NCBI RefSeq assembly: GCF_055900595.2
Contig: NZ_CM148325.1
Direction: 5' to 3' (one strand)
Length of the DNA stretch: 64,000 bases
A program made the translations under genes and the position numbers. Below are positions 30,595 through 42,997 of this stretch, in pieces. How positions within the stretch are numbered: the stretch's first letter is position 1; each line of letters begins with the position of its first letter. The notes beneath the pieces are model-generated. The model did not search any database and had not been told where the DNA came from. It saw nothing but the letters and a program-made list of their open reading frames with translations.

Positions 30595-31263
30595 TTACTT
30601 TTTGTTAACGTCAAACATAGTGGCATCGGTCGCCATGTCATCAATAACTTGTTTAATATTTTCGAAAGCCATTGGCGTACTTTCGTTATTCAGGTCTTTA
30701 CCTTCGCCCTGACGAACGACTTTGATAACCGGTTTATTAGTAGCTGCATCAATCAGCTCACCTTCAAAATACAGGCGAGTATCCATGGTACGGTGGCCCG
30801 TCGCCATTTGCGTCCCCGCGACCACTAATGCGACAGGAACCACTTCATAGAATTGCAGCCCTTCTTTGCTGGTATCAACACCGGTAATGGCCCCACGGAA
30901 AATCAGACTACGCGGCCCAGCGGTGGTAACCAGTGGTTTACGCTGCGCAATCGCTTCTTTCATTTCGGTGTTGGTATAACTCAAAATTTTATCCAGAACT
31001 TTCTGCCCTACCTGGGTAGATGGTTTCGGTACCGGATAATAAGTGACTGGGTTCCAGACGATGCTGTCATATTTGCTTTGATCAAAACTCGGGTCTACCC
31101 AACGTAAAACAGGTTTACCTGTTGCTGAGGTTGTTTCTTTTAAATCAGAGTAATTGTTTAAAAAACCAGAATATTTATCTGGCTGGGTGATTTTAGAGGC
31201 ACAACCAGACAGAGCCAACAAGCCGCATAAAGCTGCGACTTTCGTAAATGATGTGGTACGCAT
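30595..31263 (-). CDS. ydcL: Lipoprotein YdcL, 222 aa
   Basis: Signal peptide with lipobox (LALSGC); matches K-12 YdcL. Confidence 0.85.
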   Translation of the reverse strand: MRTTSFTKVAALCGLLALSGCASKITQPDKYSGFLNNYSDLKETTSATGKPVLRWVDPSFDQSKYDSIVWNPVTYYPVPKPSTQVGQKVLDKILSYTNTEMKEAIAQRKPLVTTAGPRSLIFRGAITGVDTSKEGLQFYEVVPVALVVAGTQMATGHRTMDTRLYFEGELIDAATNKPVIKVVRQGEGKDLNNESTPMAFENIKQVIDDMATDATMFDVNKK

Positions 31264-31361
31264 GAATAGTTTCCTGAGATGATTATATTACTTTTTAAGT
31301 TATAGCAAAAAGCACCGCTTCGTGTTGTGGCAAAAAAAGTGTTGGTGAAAATAAATTTTTC

Positions 31362-31403
31362 AGCCCCTTTTCAGACGACATAGTCAATGCCGAAAAAGGG
31401 GCT
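31362..31403 (-). terminator. Candidate rho-independent terminator downstream of tehAB
   Basis: agcccctttt...aaaaggggct inverted repeat followed on the minus strand by a T-rich tract. Confidence 0.4.
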
Positions 31404-31564
31404 AAGTCAATCATCAGTAGTTAAATATCAGTGCGTTAATCTGATGAAAAACTTCGACTACCGTGATTAATTTCACATCCTTTTGATTAAAAATATGCTT
31501 ACCGAAAAGAACAACAGTTAACCATCTCAACGCGGGCATTTTCACGCGCCTTGTTCTTACCGGG

Positions 31565-32158
31565 TCATTTTTTACGTGCCAGCATCGTGGCGAAACGCAG
31601 TTTAATACGATTACCGTTGGCGTCGGTGCGGTGCAGCTCGCCGACGTCTTCATTGTATTTCACCATCTCCCAGCCTTCGTAATATCGACGTAATTCTCCC
31701 TCTTTGAAGGCAAACGGGAAGCCGACGGTACATGGATAATCAGCGGTATCCATCGCCGCCACAATCAGGTTGTAACCGCCAGGTTTAGTGCAACGTTGCA
31801 TATTGGCAATCAGCCCAGGGATGGTTTTAGCCTCAAGGAACATCAGCACCACAGTCGAAAGAATAAAAGCGTATTGCCCATCAAACGTGAAGTTATTCAG
31901 ATCAACAACCCGGGTGTGTAAATTATCCAGATTTTCAATGGATTTAATGCGCTCGACGTTGGCGATACTCATGGCATTTTTATCCCATGCGTCAACTTCA
32001 TAACCATTGGCTGCCAGGTAAAGACTGTTACGACCATTGCCACAGCCCAGATCCAGCGTTTTACCGGGTTTAACCACTTTCACCGCTTCCAGTACTTCAG
32101 AGTGTGTGCGGGTTAATTCATACTTATCAGTAAAATAGTTTTCGTCACGAATGATCAT
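31565..32158 (-). CDS. tehB: Tellurite-resistance SAM-dependent methyltransferase, 197 aa
   Basis: SAM-binding motif ([15 protein letters not shown]); overlaps the tehA stop; matches K-12 TehB. Confidence 0.9.
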   Translation of the reverse strand: MIIRDENYFTDKYELTRTHSEVLEAVKVVKPGKTLDLGCGNGRNSLYLAANGYEVDAWDKNAMSIANVERIKSIENLDNLHTRVVDLNNFTFDGQYAFILSTVVLMFLEAKTIPGLIANMQRCTKPGGYNLIVAAMDTADYPCTVGFPFAFKEGELRRYYEGWEMVKYNEDVGELHRTDANGNRIKLRFATMLARKK

Positions 32159-33147
32159 TCTTTGTCCTCAGCTTTCATTAAAACGGCGCGCTCGGTTCTG
32201 ATTAACAATTTCCCCTGCATCAGAAGCGCGAAAGTTCGGATGAGCAGTATTGCAATTATAAAATTGGTAAAGATAAACAGCGGCACCGCCAGGGTATGGA
32301 AAAATCCATTATCGCTGCCACTCCCCAGATGCAAACCGGTGGTTGCCAGTGCAGATACGCCGAACGAGAAACTCCAGAATGAAGCATTAAATGGCTGGGA
32401 GAGATACCATGGCATCAGACGTAGCATAAACAGCAGTTGCAGCAGCCCATAACCGAAAAGCATTTTCGCCAGCGTGTCACCCTCGCCGCCGTTGACGCTC
32501 AGCCAGGCACTACAGGCCACCAGCGCAGGAGCGAGCTGAATGCCGAGTGATGTCCGCAGCGCCGTGGGTAATTCTCCCGAACTGCGCAGACGCTGCAAGA
32601 TCACCGGTTCCAGGCTTAACCATGAGAAAACGCCTGCGCCTAAAAACACCAGACCGGCGTCGGTGTAGCCCAATGCACCACAGGCCATTGCGCTGATAAA
32701 GTTGTTGGCAACTGTCGGCAGATACAGTCCAGGCGTGGTAGCTTCTTCAGGATGAGATCCGCGCCATAATCCCGCAGTTTGCCAGGCGGCATAAGCCAAC
32801 TGAACCACGACACCAAAACTGAACAGGCATACCGCCAGTGGGCGAAACCACGGAACAAAACCAATCGCTACCAGCATCGTCGTTGCAGGAAACAAACTCA
32901 CAAAACTGCTCATCACTGGATGGCGCACTTCCGCCAGCACGCTATGCGGAAAACGTATGAGTCGGGTAATAAATGCGCTAGTCAATAATCCCCAGATGAT
33001 CATCGCCAGAATCACTAGCCCATCCCCTAACCAGTGGCTGACCTGCCAAACCTGGCTGGCATAGCGCCAGGCAAATCCCATCCCTATCGTCCCCAACACA
33101 ATACCAAAGTAGCCTGCCGGCAAATTGAGCACTTTATCGCTCTGCAT
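32155..33147 (-). CDS. tehA: Tellurite-resistance membrane protein TehA, 330 aa
   Basis: Matches K-12 TehA from [19 protein letters not shown]. Confidence 0.9.
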   Translation of the reverse strand: MQSDKVLNLPAGYFGIVLGTIGMGFAWRYASQVWQVSHWLGDGLVILAMIIWGLLTSAFITRLIRFPHSVLAEVRHPVMSSFVSLFPATTMLVAIGFVPWFRPLAVCLFSFGVVVQLAYAAWQTAGLWRGSHPEEATTPGLYLPTVANNFISAMACGALGYTDAGLVFLGAGVFSWLSLEPVILQRLRSSGELPTALRTSLGIQLAPALVACSAWLSVNGGEGDTLAKMLFGYGLLQLLFMLRLMPWYLSQPFNASFWSFSFGVSALATTGLHLGSGSDNGFFHTLAVPLFIFTNFIIAILLIRTFALLMQGKLLIRTERAVLMKAEDKE

Positions 33148-33270
33148 CTTCTTACTCATTTTGTTTAATTTATAAAGTATATTTTAAATGCATTTTATGG
33201 AATTTTCTCGAGCATAGCCAGAGCCGCAGAATTTGCTACGGTTATAGTAAGTCACCTGTGGGAAAACGCT

Positions 33271-34251
33271 ATGCGCAAATATCGTCTAAGTGAAGAACAG
33301 CGAGCCTTTAGTTATCAGGATGATGGCACTAAAAAAAGTGTGTTATTACGGCAAATTATCGCCATGAGCGATTTTAACGATGTGATAGCAGGAACCGCTG
33401 GCGGCTGGATCGATCGCGAAACGGTGTTAGCACAGGAAGGAAATTGCTGGATTTACGATCAGAATGCTATTGCGTTCGGCGGAACGGTGATTTCCGGTAA
33501 TACGCGTATCACCGGCACCAGCGTCCTTTGGGGAGAGGTTTACGCAACGGATAACGTCTGGATCGATAATAGTGAAGTCAGTCAGGGTGCATATATAAGT
33601 GACAGTGTCACCATTCGTGACTCATTAGTTTGCGGTCAATGTAGAATATTTGGTCACGCCTTAATTGATCAACATTCTATGATCGTCGCCGCGCAAGGCT
33701 TAACCTCCGACCATCAACTCCTGCTACAAATTTATGATCGCGCAAGGGTTAGCGCCTCGCGTATTGTCCACCAGGCACAAATTTATGGCGATGCCGTCGT
33801 CCGGTATGCTTTTATTGAACATCGCGCCGAAGTTTTTGATTTTGCCAGTATTGAAGGTAATGAAGAGAACAACGTCTGGCTATGCGATTGCGCTAAAGTC
33901 TACGGTCACGCGCAGGTGAAAGCTGGCATAGAAGAAGATGCCATTCCGACAATTCATTACAGTTCGCAGGTAGCGGAATATGCCATTGTGGAAGGTAATT
34001 GTGTGTTAAAACATCATGTCTTGATTGGCGGAAAGGCAGTGGTAAGTGGCGGACCGATTCTGCTCGACGAGCACGTTATAATACAAGGTGAGAGCTATAT
34101 AACAGGTGCGGTGATAATTGAAAACCATGTGGAGTTAACCGACCACGCCCTCGTTGAAGCCTTTGATGGCGACACGATTCATCTCCGTGGTCCAAAAGTC
34201 ATAAACGGCGAAGAGCGCATTACGCGAACGCCGCTGGCAGGGTTATTGTGA
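33271..34251 (+). CDS. ydcK: Hexapeptide-repeat protein YdcK, 326 aa
   Basis: Left-handed beta-helix repeat pattern; matches K-12 YdcK length. Confidence 0.8.
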   Translation: MRKYRLSEEQRAFSYQDDGTKKSVLLRQIIAMSDFNDVIAGTAGGWIDRETVLAQEGNCWIYDQNAIAFGGTVISGNTRITGTSVLWGEVYATDNVWIDNSEVSQGAYISDSVTIRDSLVCGQCRIFGHALIDQHSMIVAAQGLTSDHQLLLQIYDRARVSASRIVHQAQIYGDAVVRYAFIEHRAEVFDFASIEGNEENNVWLCDCAKVYGHAQVKAGIEEDAIPTIHYSSQVAEYAIVEGNCVLKHHVLIGGKAVVSGGPILLDEHVIIQGESYITGAVIIENHVELTDHALVEAFDGDTIHLRGPKVINGEERITRTPLAGLL

Positions 34252-34782
34252 ATCGATAATACGCGCGTATAAGTTCACATCATCATAGGCATCATTCAGA
34301 AACTCAGCCTGTTTCAGGCAACCTTCAAGGATAAAACCATTGCGCAAAGCGACCTGGTTGCTTTGCGCATTATCCACCCGACATTTGATCACGAAGCGTC
34401 TAAGTTCACCAGACTGAGCGTAATGATGAATCAATGCCTGCAGCGCCTGAGAAATGATCCCCTGCCCCTGATGAGATTCGTCCAGCCAGTAGCCGATTTC
34501 AGCGGTTTTATTCAGTGGTTCAATACGATTAAACGAGATAACGCCGATAAGTTCATCTTCTTTGAAAATCATGAACATTTTGGCATAGCCGCGTTGATGC
34601 AACATTACATTGCCCTGCACCGTTTTTCGCGTGTCCTCTTCACTTTGAACAAACTGCGGCCAGTTAAGCGACTGTTGTAACCATGTTTTATTTTTACAGA
34701 TTAACTGATGAAGAGGTGTGACGTGACTTTCTGCAACAGCATGTAATTCTAGTGATTCGCTTACTTTTATCGTTTCTGCCAT
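34243..34782 (-). CDS. rimL: Ribosomal protein L7/L12-serine N-acetyltransferase, 179 aa
   Basis: GNAT fold; matches K-12 RimL from [18 protein letters not shown]. Confidence 0.85.
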   Translation of the reverse strand: MAETIKVSESLELHAVAESHVTPLHQLICKNKTWLQQSLNWPQFVQSEEDTRKTVQGNVMLHQRGYAKMFMIFKEDELIGVISFNRIEPLNKTAEIGYWLDESHQGQGIISQALQALIHHYAQSGELRRFVIKCRVDNAQSNQVALRNGFILEGCLKQAEFLNDAYDDVNLYARIIDSQ

Positions 34783-34844
34783 CTTATCTCCAGTCAATCC
34801 ATACCACTGTTAAAAAAGCCGCCTGGCTGGCGGCTTAGGAAAGT

Positions 34845-35069
34845 TTACACCTCTTTGACGCTCTCCTGCTGCAGGATTTTGAGCATCTCATCTTTTAACT
34901 GTAGCTTTTGTTTTTTCATGCGGACCACTTCCGCATTGTACCCTCGACCGTCGGAACCTTCCTTTCTGGCAATTTCATGATCAAGTTTATTGTGTTTATC
35001 GAACAAGGACATAAAGCGAGGATTTTCGTTTTTCAGACGGGATATTAAATCTCGGTATTCTGGAAACAT
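34845..35069 (-). CDS. ydcH: DUF465 small protein YdcH, 74 aa
   Basis: Matches K-12 YdcH from MFPEYRDLISRLKNENPRF. Confidence 0.8.
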   Translation of the reverse strand: MFPEYRDLISRLKNENPRFMSLFDKHNKLDHEIARKEGSDGRGYNAEVVRMKKQKLQLKDEMLKILQQESVKEV

Positions 35070-35208
35070 ACGCACTCCCTGTTAGTGGCTGACAAGGTGT
35101 ATCTGAAATACACACTATCAGATTACTCATTTAACTTAGGGAAAAATGCGAGCGGGATCGTGTTTAACCAGACGGCACCTCCCGAAGAAGGTGCCGAAGA
35201 AAAAACGA

Positions 35209-36864
35209 TTAACTCATCACGCGGTCGTCAACATACTGACGTTTATCCGGCGCTGGCGGGAAATACTGATACAGCCATGTTTCACTGATAGCGTCGCCCT
35301 GACAACGCAGATACATCCGCATATCGACCGGATCAGTGGAGTCCGAAGTCGGATACCAGTCAAACTGAATACGATAACCATCAATGGGTTCAATATAGAG
35401 AATTTCGATTTGCTTCGCTTCCCCACTGGAAAGCGTAATCACCGGCTCAATGCCTTTTGGTGCGGCAGCTTTCAGATCACCACCAACGAAATCGACGGCA
35501 AAACGACGCGCCCATTTTTCGGGATAGTGTTCACCAGGCGCCCAACCTTCCGGGAAACCGCCCATGCCGGTACGCGTTGCCATAACGCGCGCTAATGGGC
35601 AATGAACAGGCGGTTGCGCACTCCAGTACAGACGATACTGGAATGCAAACTCATCACCCGCTTTTACAGCTTTTTCTGGCTGCCAGAAGCAGACAATGTT
35701 ATCCAGCGTTTCGCCCGTTGTTGGGATTTCCATCAGGCCGATGGTGCCCTTACCCCACTTGTTACGCGGTTCCACCCACAGACTTGGGCGTTTGTTATAC
35801 CAGCCCATAATGTCCTGATAATGAGAGAAATCGCGATCCAGTTGCAATAAACCAAACCCTTTCGGGTTGTTGTCGGTGTAAGCATTGAACTGCAATTTTT
35901 GCGGATTATTCAGCGGACGGCAAATCCACTCGCCGTTGCCCCGCCACATGGACAGACGATCAGAGTCATGGATTTGCGGATGAATGGTGTCGCACATCCG
36001 ACGTTCATTAGTGCCGCAGCTGAACATGCTGGTCATCGGCGCAATGCCCAGCTGTTTAATGTCTTTGCGCGCATACAGGTGATTTTCCACATCCATAATC
36101 ACCTGACTTTTCTCACAATGGATAGTGAACTTATAGGCACCAGTAATGCTGGCGCTATCGAGCAACGCATAAACGGTAAAGGTGGTTGCCCCTGGTTTTA
36201 CCGTATCAAACCAGAAGGCGGTAAAGTCGGGGAACTCTTCTTTGCTGTCGGTGTAAGTGTCGATCGCCAGGCCGCGGGCCGACAAACCGTATTGATATGT
36301 GTCATCAACGGCGCGGAAATAACTCGCGCCGAGGAATGATACGACATCACGGCGCGCCAGTTCGGGGGCTTTAAACACGCGAAAACCGGCAAAACCGAGA
36401 TCGCTTTGCCCTTCTAATTGTTTGGTATCCACACCCGCATCGTTGTATTTGAACAACTCCGGGCGAAAGTGAATTTCACGCGCCAGATGTGTTGCTGGAT
36501 CTACAGAAAACATACGAACGCGGCGACGGAATCCCATTCCCATATGGAAGAACTGAGCGTCCAGTTGACGGTTCTCAACGTTATGCCAGAGCGATTTTTC
36601 GGCGTCGTATTGAATACTGTTATAAGCCTGCGGCGTCATTGTCGCCAGAGTGTCAGGTAACGGACGCGGCGCACCACGCCACGCGGTTTGCGCTAAGTCG
36701 TGCGCCATTGACTGTAGAATGGAGAAGTCAAAACGCTGGGTTTGCCCGTCGGCAATATCAGAATCTGCCGCGAATGCCGCCTGAGAAAAAAGAGAAGCAA
36801 TGCCGCTGGTACCGCACACGGCGGCCATAGCCATTGAACCTTTAATAAATCGTCTACGATCCAT
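35209..36864 (-). CDS. opgD: Glucans biosynthesis protein D (periplasmic, Tat-exported), 551 aa
   Basis: Tat signal ([18 protein letters not shown]); matches K-12 OpgD/MdoD. Confidence 0.9.
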   Translation of the reverse strand: MDRRRFIKGSMAMAAVCGTSGIASLFSQAAFAADSDIADGQTQRFDFSILQSMAHDLAQTAWRGAPRPLPDTLATMTPQAYNSIQYDAEKSLWHNVENRQLDAQFFHMGMGFRRRVRMFSVDPATHLAREIHFRPELFKYNDAGVDTKQLEGQSDLGFAGFRVFKAPELARRDVVSFLGASYFRAVDDTYQYGLSARGLAIDTYTDSKEEFPDFTAFWFDTVKPGATTFTVYALLDSASITGAYKFTIHCEKSQVIMDVENHLYARKDIKQLGIAPMTSMFSCGTNERRMCDTIHPQIHDSDRLSMWRGNGEWICRPLNNPQKLQFNAYTDNNPKGFGLLQLDRDFSHYQDIMGWYNKRPSLWVEPRNKWGKGTIGLMEIPTTGETLDNIVCFWQPEKAVKAGDEFAFQYRLYWSAQPPVHCPLARVMATRTGMGGFPEGWAPGEHYPEKWARRFAVDFVGGDLKAAAPKGIEPVITLSSGEAKQIEILYIEPIDGYRIQFDWYPTSDSTDPVDMRMYLRCQGDAISETWLYQYFPPAPDKRQYVDDRVMS

Positions 36865-37088
36865 ACCTGAAAGTGAGTCCTTCTGGTGTTGTGAATAGTC
36901 CCGCGCTGGTCGTTTTCAGCGGCAAGAAAGTGCTTATTTATGACCGCTCACTCTAGACAATATTTATTAATAATCCAATTGTTGAACTCAGAGAATATGC
37001 ATTAATCGGCAATTTTTTTATGTCGATGGGATGAGCCTGATTCGTTTGTAAAATCAGGCAAATTTTTGCAAAGGCAGATAGTCAAAAT

Positions 37089-38432
37089 TTAAAGCAAACC
37101 ACAGCGGCGTTTACTGCGTTCTTCCGCTTCCTGATAAAGCTGGAACTCATCAAAAACTGGGCATCCCAACGCATGTTCGAAAGCTTCGCGGCTGGCATTA
37201 CCGTGACTGCGTGCCTGCGTTTCATTACCCAGATTTGACTGGAAGATCCCCGCCGCGCTAACAGGCAAAAAATCTTCATAAGTAATGGGTTGTGCCACTA
37301 CCCAACCACGTTCAATTAAGGGTTGTGGATCGTCTCCGGGATGAATCGCCTGACGATGCGCCTCACCTGAAGGCGTCAAACGATATCGGAACCATGCCAA
37401 CCCTTGCTGACGCATTAAAAACTCACTGTCAGGAAAAGTGCGGAAGGTTTCCTGTAAATGCATTTGATGAGTGAGATTATCCTGCCCGGTTCCAGCGTTC
37501 CGCAGAAGATCATCATACATTTGTCGTCCTTTCGGCGTTAATGCCACGCCACGCTGCTCTATTTCACCAAAGCGCGCGGTATGCGTGCCCTGTTTCTGCC
37601 CCGCAAACAACACCTTCTCTTCCAGTGCTTTAAAGCTGGTCTGGCGTAGTAAAATCGGTACCTCGCGGCGCGGCGGCCCTTCGATCAGAATTTTGGGTTC
37701 AATTCCGCATTCAGGCATCATCGACTGCACACGGTCAATATCCAGCGTACGTGGCGTCAGGTGGTTGATATGGCACCCAGGAAAACAGACCACATCAGCA
37801 ATCAGCCGATGTTCGTTGTGCAACGCACGATAGGTTTCTTCATCAACCGTTGCTGACTGGTGCCAGCGAAACGTTTCCAGGGCTTCCTGCACAAACTCCT
37901 GTGCCTGTGTTTCGTTAAAACCGCCCCGCTGCTCATACTCCTCTAACAGTTGTCGACAACGTGGGGTGAAGATATCGCGCTGACGCAGAATCTCCGCCGC
38001 TTTCTGGCGCAAAAATTCGTTCTCGATAAGCTCAAGACGGAGTAATGAGGTAAAAACGCGGAAGGGATTACGCGCCAGAGAAGCATCATCAATGGGCCGA
38101 AATGCTGTGGAATGTACCGGCACGCCCGCCTGCGAGAGATCGTAATAGCTCACCGGGTACATCCCCATAATGGCAAACATCCGCCGAAGAGTAGCAAGCT
38201 CTTGTGCAGTCCCAACGCGAATTGCCCCATGACGTTCAACATTCAGTCGCGCCAGCTCGTCTGCATTTACCATTTTTTCGTGCAGTTGAGGATTGTTTTC
38301 CAGCACAGCCAGATTCACATCAGCTACCAGTTCCAGCAGCGTGCCGTACTGCGGAACTTCTTGCTGGTACATGGCTGACATTGCCTGCGAAAACTGTTCC
38401 CGAATCTCATCCGCCGTGATGCTGTTCGCCAT
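37089..38432 (-). CDS. ydcJ: DUF1338 metalloenzyme YdcJ, 447 aa
   Basis: Matches K-12 YdcJ length and sequence. Confidence 0.85.
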   Translation of the reverse strand: MANSITADEIREQFSQAMSAMYQQEVPQYGTLLELVADVNLAVLENNPQLHEKMVNADELARLNVERHGAIRVGTAQELATLRRMFAIMGMYPVSYYDLSQAGVPVHSTAFRPIDDASLARNPFRVFTSLLRLELIENEFLRQKAAEILRQRDIFTPRCRQLLEEYEQRGGFNETQAQEFVQEALETFRWHQSATVDEETYRALHNEHRLIADVVCFPGCHINHLTPRTLDIDRVQSMMPECGIEPKILIEGPPRREVPILLRQTSFKALEEKVLFAGQKQGTHTARFGEIEQRGVALTPKGRQMYDDLLRNAGTGQDNLTHQMHLQETFRTFPDSEFLMRQQGLAWFRYRLTPSGEAHRQAIHPGDDPQPLIERGWVVAQPITYEDFLPVSAAGIFQSNLGNETQARSHGNASREAFEHALGCPVFDEFQLYQEAEERSKRRCGLL

Positions 38433-38648
38433 AATGTCTGCCTCCAGTGGTCAGTAATCTGGAGTGTAGGTAACCGCATTCACTCTGGCGGGAAGAATTT
38501 GCAAACTGTGATCTCGCCGCGAAAACATCAATATTATCCATTTCGCTGTAACACAATTGCTTTATTTGTTAATAATATTTTGCAACTAAGTTATCATAAT
38601 CAAACAACTTCACTTGTCAGCGACACTGCTTCGTTTTTAACATCGCTT

Positions 38649-39572
38649 ATGGAAAAAAATAGTCTGTTTAGTCAGCGCATCCGTTTGCGCCACCTTCATA
38701 CATTCGTAGCTGTCGCACAACAAGGAACTTTGGGGCGCGCGGCTGAAACCCTTAATTTGAGTCAACCTGCGCTCTCTAAAACATTGAATGAACTGGAGCA
38801 GCTGACGGGCGCTCGCTTGTTTGAGCGTGGTCGTCAGGGGGCGCAACTTACCTTACCCGGCGAACAATTTTTAACACATGCAGTCAGAGTTCTTGACGCT
38901 ATTAACACTGCCGGACAGTCGCTTCATCGTAAAGAAGGTCTTAACAATGATGTCGTCAGGGTAGGTGCATTACCTACCGCGGCGCTGGGAATATTACCTT
39001 CGGTTATAGGTCAGTTTCATCAGCAACAAAAAGAGACGACCTTGCAAGTTGCGACAATGAGTAACCCTATGATTCTGGCGGGTTTGAAGACTGGCGAAAT
39101 CGATATCGGCATTGGTCGGATGTCAGATCCTGAACTGATGACCGGGCTTAATTATGAACTGCTGTTTCTTGAATCGCTGAAGCTGGTCGTCCGCCCTAAT
39201 CACCCGCTACTTCAGGAGAACGTAACGCTAAGCCGGGTGCTGGAATGGCCGGTTGTTGTATCACCAGAAGGCACTGCGCCACGCCAGCATTCAGATGCAT
39301 TAGTGCAGAGCCAGGGCTGTAAAATTCCTTCGGGCTGTATCGAAACACTGTCTGCTTCGCTATCTCGTCAACTTACGGTTGAATACGACTACGTGTGGTT
39401 TGTCCCTTCTGGCGCTGTAAAAGACGACCTGCGTCATGCCACGCTGGTGGCCCTGCCTGTTCCGGGTCATGGTGCAGGCGAACCGATTGGAATACTGACC
39501 CGCGTAGATGCGACGTTCTCTTCTGGTTGCCAGTTGATGATTAACGCTATTCGAAAATCAATGCCGTTCTGA
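38649..39572 (+). CDS. ydcI: LysR-family transcriptional regulator YdcI, 307 aa
   Basis: LysR HTH (HLHTFVAVAQQGTLGRAAETLNLSQPALSKTLNELE); the track ORF is extended 50 codons upstream. Confidence 0.85.
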   Translation: MEKNSLFSQRIRLRHLHTFVAVAQQGTLGRAAETLNLSQPALSKTLNELEQLTGARLFERGRQGAQLTLPGEQFLTHAVRVLDAINTAGQSLHRKEGLNNDVVRVGALPTAALGILPSVIGQFHQQQKETTLQVATMSNPMILAGLKTGEIDIGIGRMSDPELMTGLNYELLFLESLKLVVRPNHPLLQENVTLSRVLEWPVVVSPEGTAPRQHSDALVQSQGCKIPSGCIETLSASLSRQLTVEYDYVWFVPSGAVKDDLRHATLVALPVPGHGAGEPIGILTRVDATFSSGCQLMINAIRKSMPF

Positions 39573-39609
39573 AAGGTGAAGGGATCTGTCGATCCCTCCT
39601 TTAACATTT

Positions 39610-41250
39610 TCACACCGTAGCGAAACTAACTGGTTCACCAGCTCCGCGAGGTTCTGCCGACACAGAATGTTTGTTCAGACGGAATACGTCCACCGCCTCA
39701 GTTAATCGTGCAGCCTGTTCTTCAAGGGACACCGCCGCCGCTGAGGCCTCTTCTACCAGAGAAGCATTCTGTTGCGTCACCTTATCCATTTCGGAAATCG
39801 CCTGGCTCACCTGCGTTATGCCTCTGCTTTGCTCATCCGAGGCGGCGGCAATCTCCTGCATGATATGTGTGACACTCGCGACGGCATCAACAATAGTGCT
39901 CATGGTTTTCCCTGCCGTTGCTACCTCATCCGATCCCAGGTCAATTAATCTGACTGATTCACTGATCAAGCCTTCAATCTCTTTTGCCGCCTGAGCGCTG
40001 CGGCTTGCGAGTGTCCGTACTTCGCTGGCGACAACGGCAAATCCACGTCCTTGCTCACCCGCTCGCGCGGCTTCAACGGCAGCATTCAGTGCCAGAATAT
40101 TCGTCTGGAAAGCAATACTGTTGATGACGGAAGTGATCTCGGAAATTTTCTTCGAACTCGTGGAGATAGCGCCCATCGTTTTTACTACACCGGAAACCGT
40201 CTGCCCGCCATCGCTGGCTTTAATAGAAGCCTCTTGCGCCAGTTTGCTGGCATGATGCGCGTTATCCGCATTCTGTTTCACCGTTGCAGTGAGTTGCTCC
40301 ATGCTGGCGGCAGTTTGTTCGATTGCCGCCGCTTGTTCTTCGGTGCGAGATGACAGGTCCGCATTGCCAGCGGAAATTTCGCTGGTGCCACGATAAATCT
40401 CTTCCGCGCCCTGTCGAACGGTCCCTACAGTCATCCCCAGTGAATGCTGCATTTGCTGTAAATGATGACTTAAGCGACCGATTTCATTACGACCCGCCGG
40501 TTCATCATTCATCGTCAGATCGCCACTGGCAATTTTTTCAATCCGTTGTGCGGCATGTTGCAGTGGACGAATGACGATCCGACGTAGCACCATAAATGTT
40601 ATCAGCGTCATGACCACGGCAAGCACAAACGCGCCAATCATAAACATCACACCCAGGCGGGTACGCTGATGGGCCTGTTCCGCCAGTTGGTTGGCTCTGG
40701 TGCTACGTATCTTAACGGCTTTGTTCAAAATATCGGTATAAGCATTATCCAGCGGTCGGATCTGCTCACTTTCATGATTGATAATCGCCTCAAACATGCC
40801 ATTTTTGGCATATTTCAGCATGGGTTGGATACCCGTGATATAAGCCTGGAAACGTTGATTTAATTCAGCCTCGAGAGCTTCATCAGCAGGTGTTTTCACC
40901 GGCCGACTCCGGTAAGCCCGATAACCTTGCTGCGACTGTTTAATCTCCGATTCGGCTTGCGCAATATTTCGCTTCATTGCTTCCATTTCCGCAATACGAC
41001 TCGCGGCCCCGGCCTGAATCATATTGATCCGGGCCGAACGCAAAAAATCTGAGCTGTTCGCTAACCCGGTCCGAACCTCAATCTCTGCAGTCACATCACG
41101 CTGATCGCGATCGGCCTTCCAGAGGAAATAGCCAGCCAGGGCTGAACTCAAGGCAAACAGAAGTAAGATACCGCCAAGAATGCAGGCAAATAACGGAACC
41201 AGCCTGATGTGATGCAAAAAACCTAATCGCTGTGAGGGAGTTGTATTCAT
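39610..41250 (-). CDS. trg: Methyl-accepting chemotaxis protein III (ribose/galactose), 546 aa
   Basis: Two transmembrane segments, HAMP and MCP signalling domain (conserved [29 protein letters not shown]). Confidence 0.9.
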   Translation of the reverse strand: MNTTPSQRLGFLHHIRLVPLFACILGGILLLFALSSALAGYFLWKADRDQRDVTAEIEVRTGLANSSDFLRSARINMIQAGAASRIAEMEAMKRNIAQAESEIKQSQQGYRAYRSRPVKTPADEALEAELNQRFQAYITGIQPMLKYAKNGMFEAIINHESEQIRPLDNAYTDILNKAVKIRSTRANQLAEQAHQRTRLGVMFMIGAFVLAVVMTLITFMVLRRIVIRPLQHAAQRIEKIASGDLTMNDEPAGRNEIGRLSHHLQQMQHSLGMTVGTVRQGAEEIYRGTSEISAGNADLSSRTEEQAAAIEQTAASMEQLTATVKQNADNAHHASKLAQEASIKASDGGQTVSGVVKTMGAISTSSKKISEITSVINSIAFQTNILALNAAVEAARAGEQGRGFAVVASEVRTLASRSAQAAKEIEGLISESVRLIDLGSDEVATAGKTMSTIVDAVASVTHIMQEIAAASDEQSRGITQVSQAISEMDKVTQQNASLVEEASAAAVSLEEQAARLTEAVDVFRLNKHSVSAEPRGAGEPVSFATV

Positions 41251-41544
41251 TACCGTTGTCTCTCGTCCAGGTTTACTCCTGATAGAAAGTCATCGGCACT
41301 TGACGGTAATTACTTATGACCAAAAACCTCTTTGCGTCACATTTTTACAACAATTATGGCAGAGAAGAATAATGCCATTGGAATGAAGAGAGTAACGAAC
41401 GGCTAAACCGAATGACGAAAAATTCTGGAAAACAGCACGCAATTTCGTCAAGTGATTATTTTCGTCCCTAAGGAAACCTCATAGGATGCCTGCGGGTGCC
41501 TGAGACTTTCTGTTTTCAGGCTAACCGGGAATCAGAAAGACGAA

Positions 41545-41581
41545 GGCCCCGACCGATATTTCTATCAACCGAGGCCAACGA

Positions 41582-41610
<29 letters not shown>
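41545..41610 (-). ncRNA. sokB: Approximate position of the sokB antisense RNA
   Basis: Inferred only from the hok/sok paradigm (antisense overlapping the mok start region); boundaries not determined. Confidence 0.3.
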
Positions 41611-41789
<179 letters not shown>

Positions 41790-41860
41790 GGGCAAGCGCG
41801 GGGATTTTCCCCGCGCATCTGACTAGCAGATTCATTTTCTCATGGCACCCCTTTTACACT

Positions 41861-42034
41861 TCAGTTAGTGCATGTTTTTTTCGATGCACTAATAGAACCA
41901 TCATTACAGACAAATTTGCCACCTGCCGTACAGTGTGAGATCCCCCCTTTCGAACCAGAACAGGGTTTGCGCCCGGCATCGGCATAAAAGGAAACAAGCG
42001 CTCCCATAACCAAGATAAGTGCCAATTTTTTCAT
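41861..42034 (-). CDS. ydcA: Small secreted protein YdcA, 57 aa
   Basis: Own translation MKKLALILVMGALVSFYADAGRKPCSGSKGGISHCTAGGKFVCNDGSIASASKKTCTN; signal peptide. Confidence 0.7.
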   Translation of the reverse strand: MKKLALILVMGALVSFYADAGRKPCSGSKGGISHCTAGGKFVCNDGSISASKKTCTN

Positions 42035-42204
42035 ATAACCTCCATGGTTTATCGAATCTTATGTTCGATTTGAACGTTATACGCTGGTTTATTTTGATAC
42101 CGTTGATGAGATCAAAGATCGGGTGAATTGATTAAAGATAAGCCAGATGGACATATGGACAAGGATTATGGTTTTATTTGTCATACAAATAAATATAATA
42201 GGCG

Positions 42205-42268
42205 CTTCCGATGTAGGCCCGTATTCTTCGCCTGTACCACGGGTCGGTTTTAGTACAGGCGTTTTCTT
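42205..42268 (+). ncRNA. rydC: Hfq-dependent small RNA RydC
   Basis: cttccgatgtaggcccgtattcttcgcctgtaccacgggtcggttttagtacaggcgttttcttt matches remembered RydC, with a terminal hairpin and U-tract, in the cybB/ydcA intergenic region. Confidence 0.7.
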
Positions 42269-42278
42269 TAAAGATCCT

Positions 42279-42809
42279 TCAGGAACGTTTACGCGGCATC
42301 ATGCGTAGAAGTGTGTTGTCCTTCCAGAAATAGTGGTGTGCCAGTGCAGCCGCAGCGTGCAACCCGATGACAAAATATCCCAGATTCGCCAGCGTCTCAT
42401 GCCACCACTTTAAGCTATCAACCCGTTCGAAATTGGCCTCTGCTGCATAAGGCATTGTCATACCAAACGCAAACCACGGGTTGCCCCGGTTATACATCAT
42501 CACCAAACCAATCACTGGCAGCGCAATAAACAGGAGATAGATCACCAAATGTCCCAAATGTGCCAGTCCCGTCATCATCGGTTTTGGTTTAGGTACAATC
42601 GGCGGAGTCGGGTTTTTAAGCCTTAACAAAAGACGAACAACCATCAGCACGAGAATTGAGATGCCACAGGAAACATGAATCATGTTGATGAGCGGCCGAT
42701 CGCTACGTGGGAAGAAACCACGAAACTCCATTGCGCAATACGCTGCGATAACCAACAAAAAGACCAGCCAGTGAATGCTGATTTGTAACCTTGAGTATTT
42801 ATTTTCCAT
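42279..42809 (-). CDS. cybB: Cytochrome b561, 176 aa
   Basis: Matches K-12 CybB from MENKYSRLQISIHWLVFLL. Confidence 0.85.
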   Translation of the reverse strand: MENKYSRLQISIHWLVFLLVIAAYCAMEFRGFFPRSDRPLINMIHVSCGISILVLMVVRLLLRLKNPTPPIVPKPKPMMTGLAHLGHLVIYLLFIALPVIGLVMMYNRGNPWFAFGMTMPYAAEANFERVDSLKWWHETLANLGYFVIGLHAAAALAHHYFWKDNTLLRMMPRKRS

Positions 42810-42997
42810 AACATTTCCTGCTTTAAAACAATTTGCCGTTAACATAACGAGCTTTTCTTAAAATTTCATTAAATATTGTTCACCCGTTTTCAGTACGTTA
42901 CGTTCCACGGCAAGAATGTAGATTGCCCATCCCGCCATCCTGGTCTAAGCCTGGAAAGGATCAATTTTCATCCGAACGTTCCTGACAGGAGAAGACC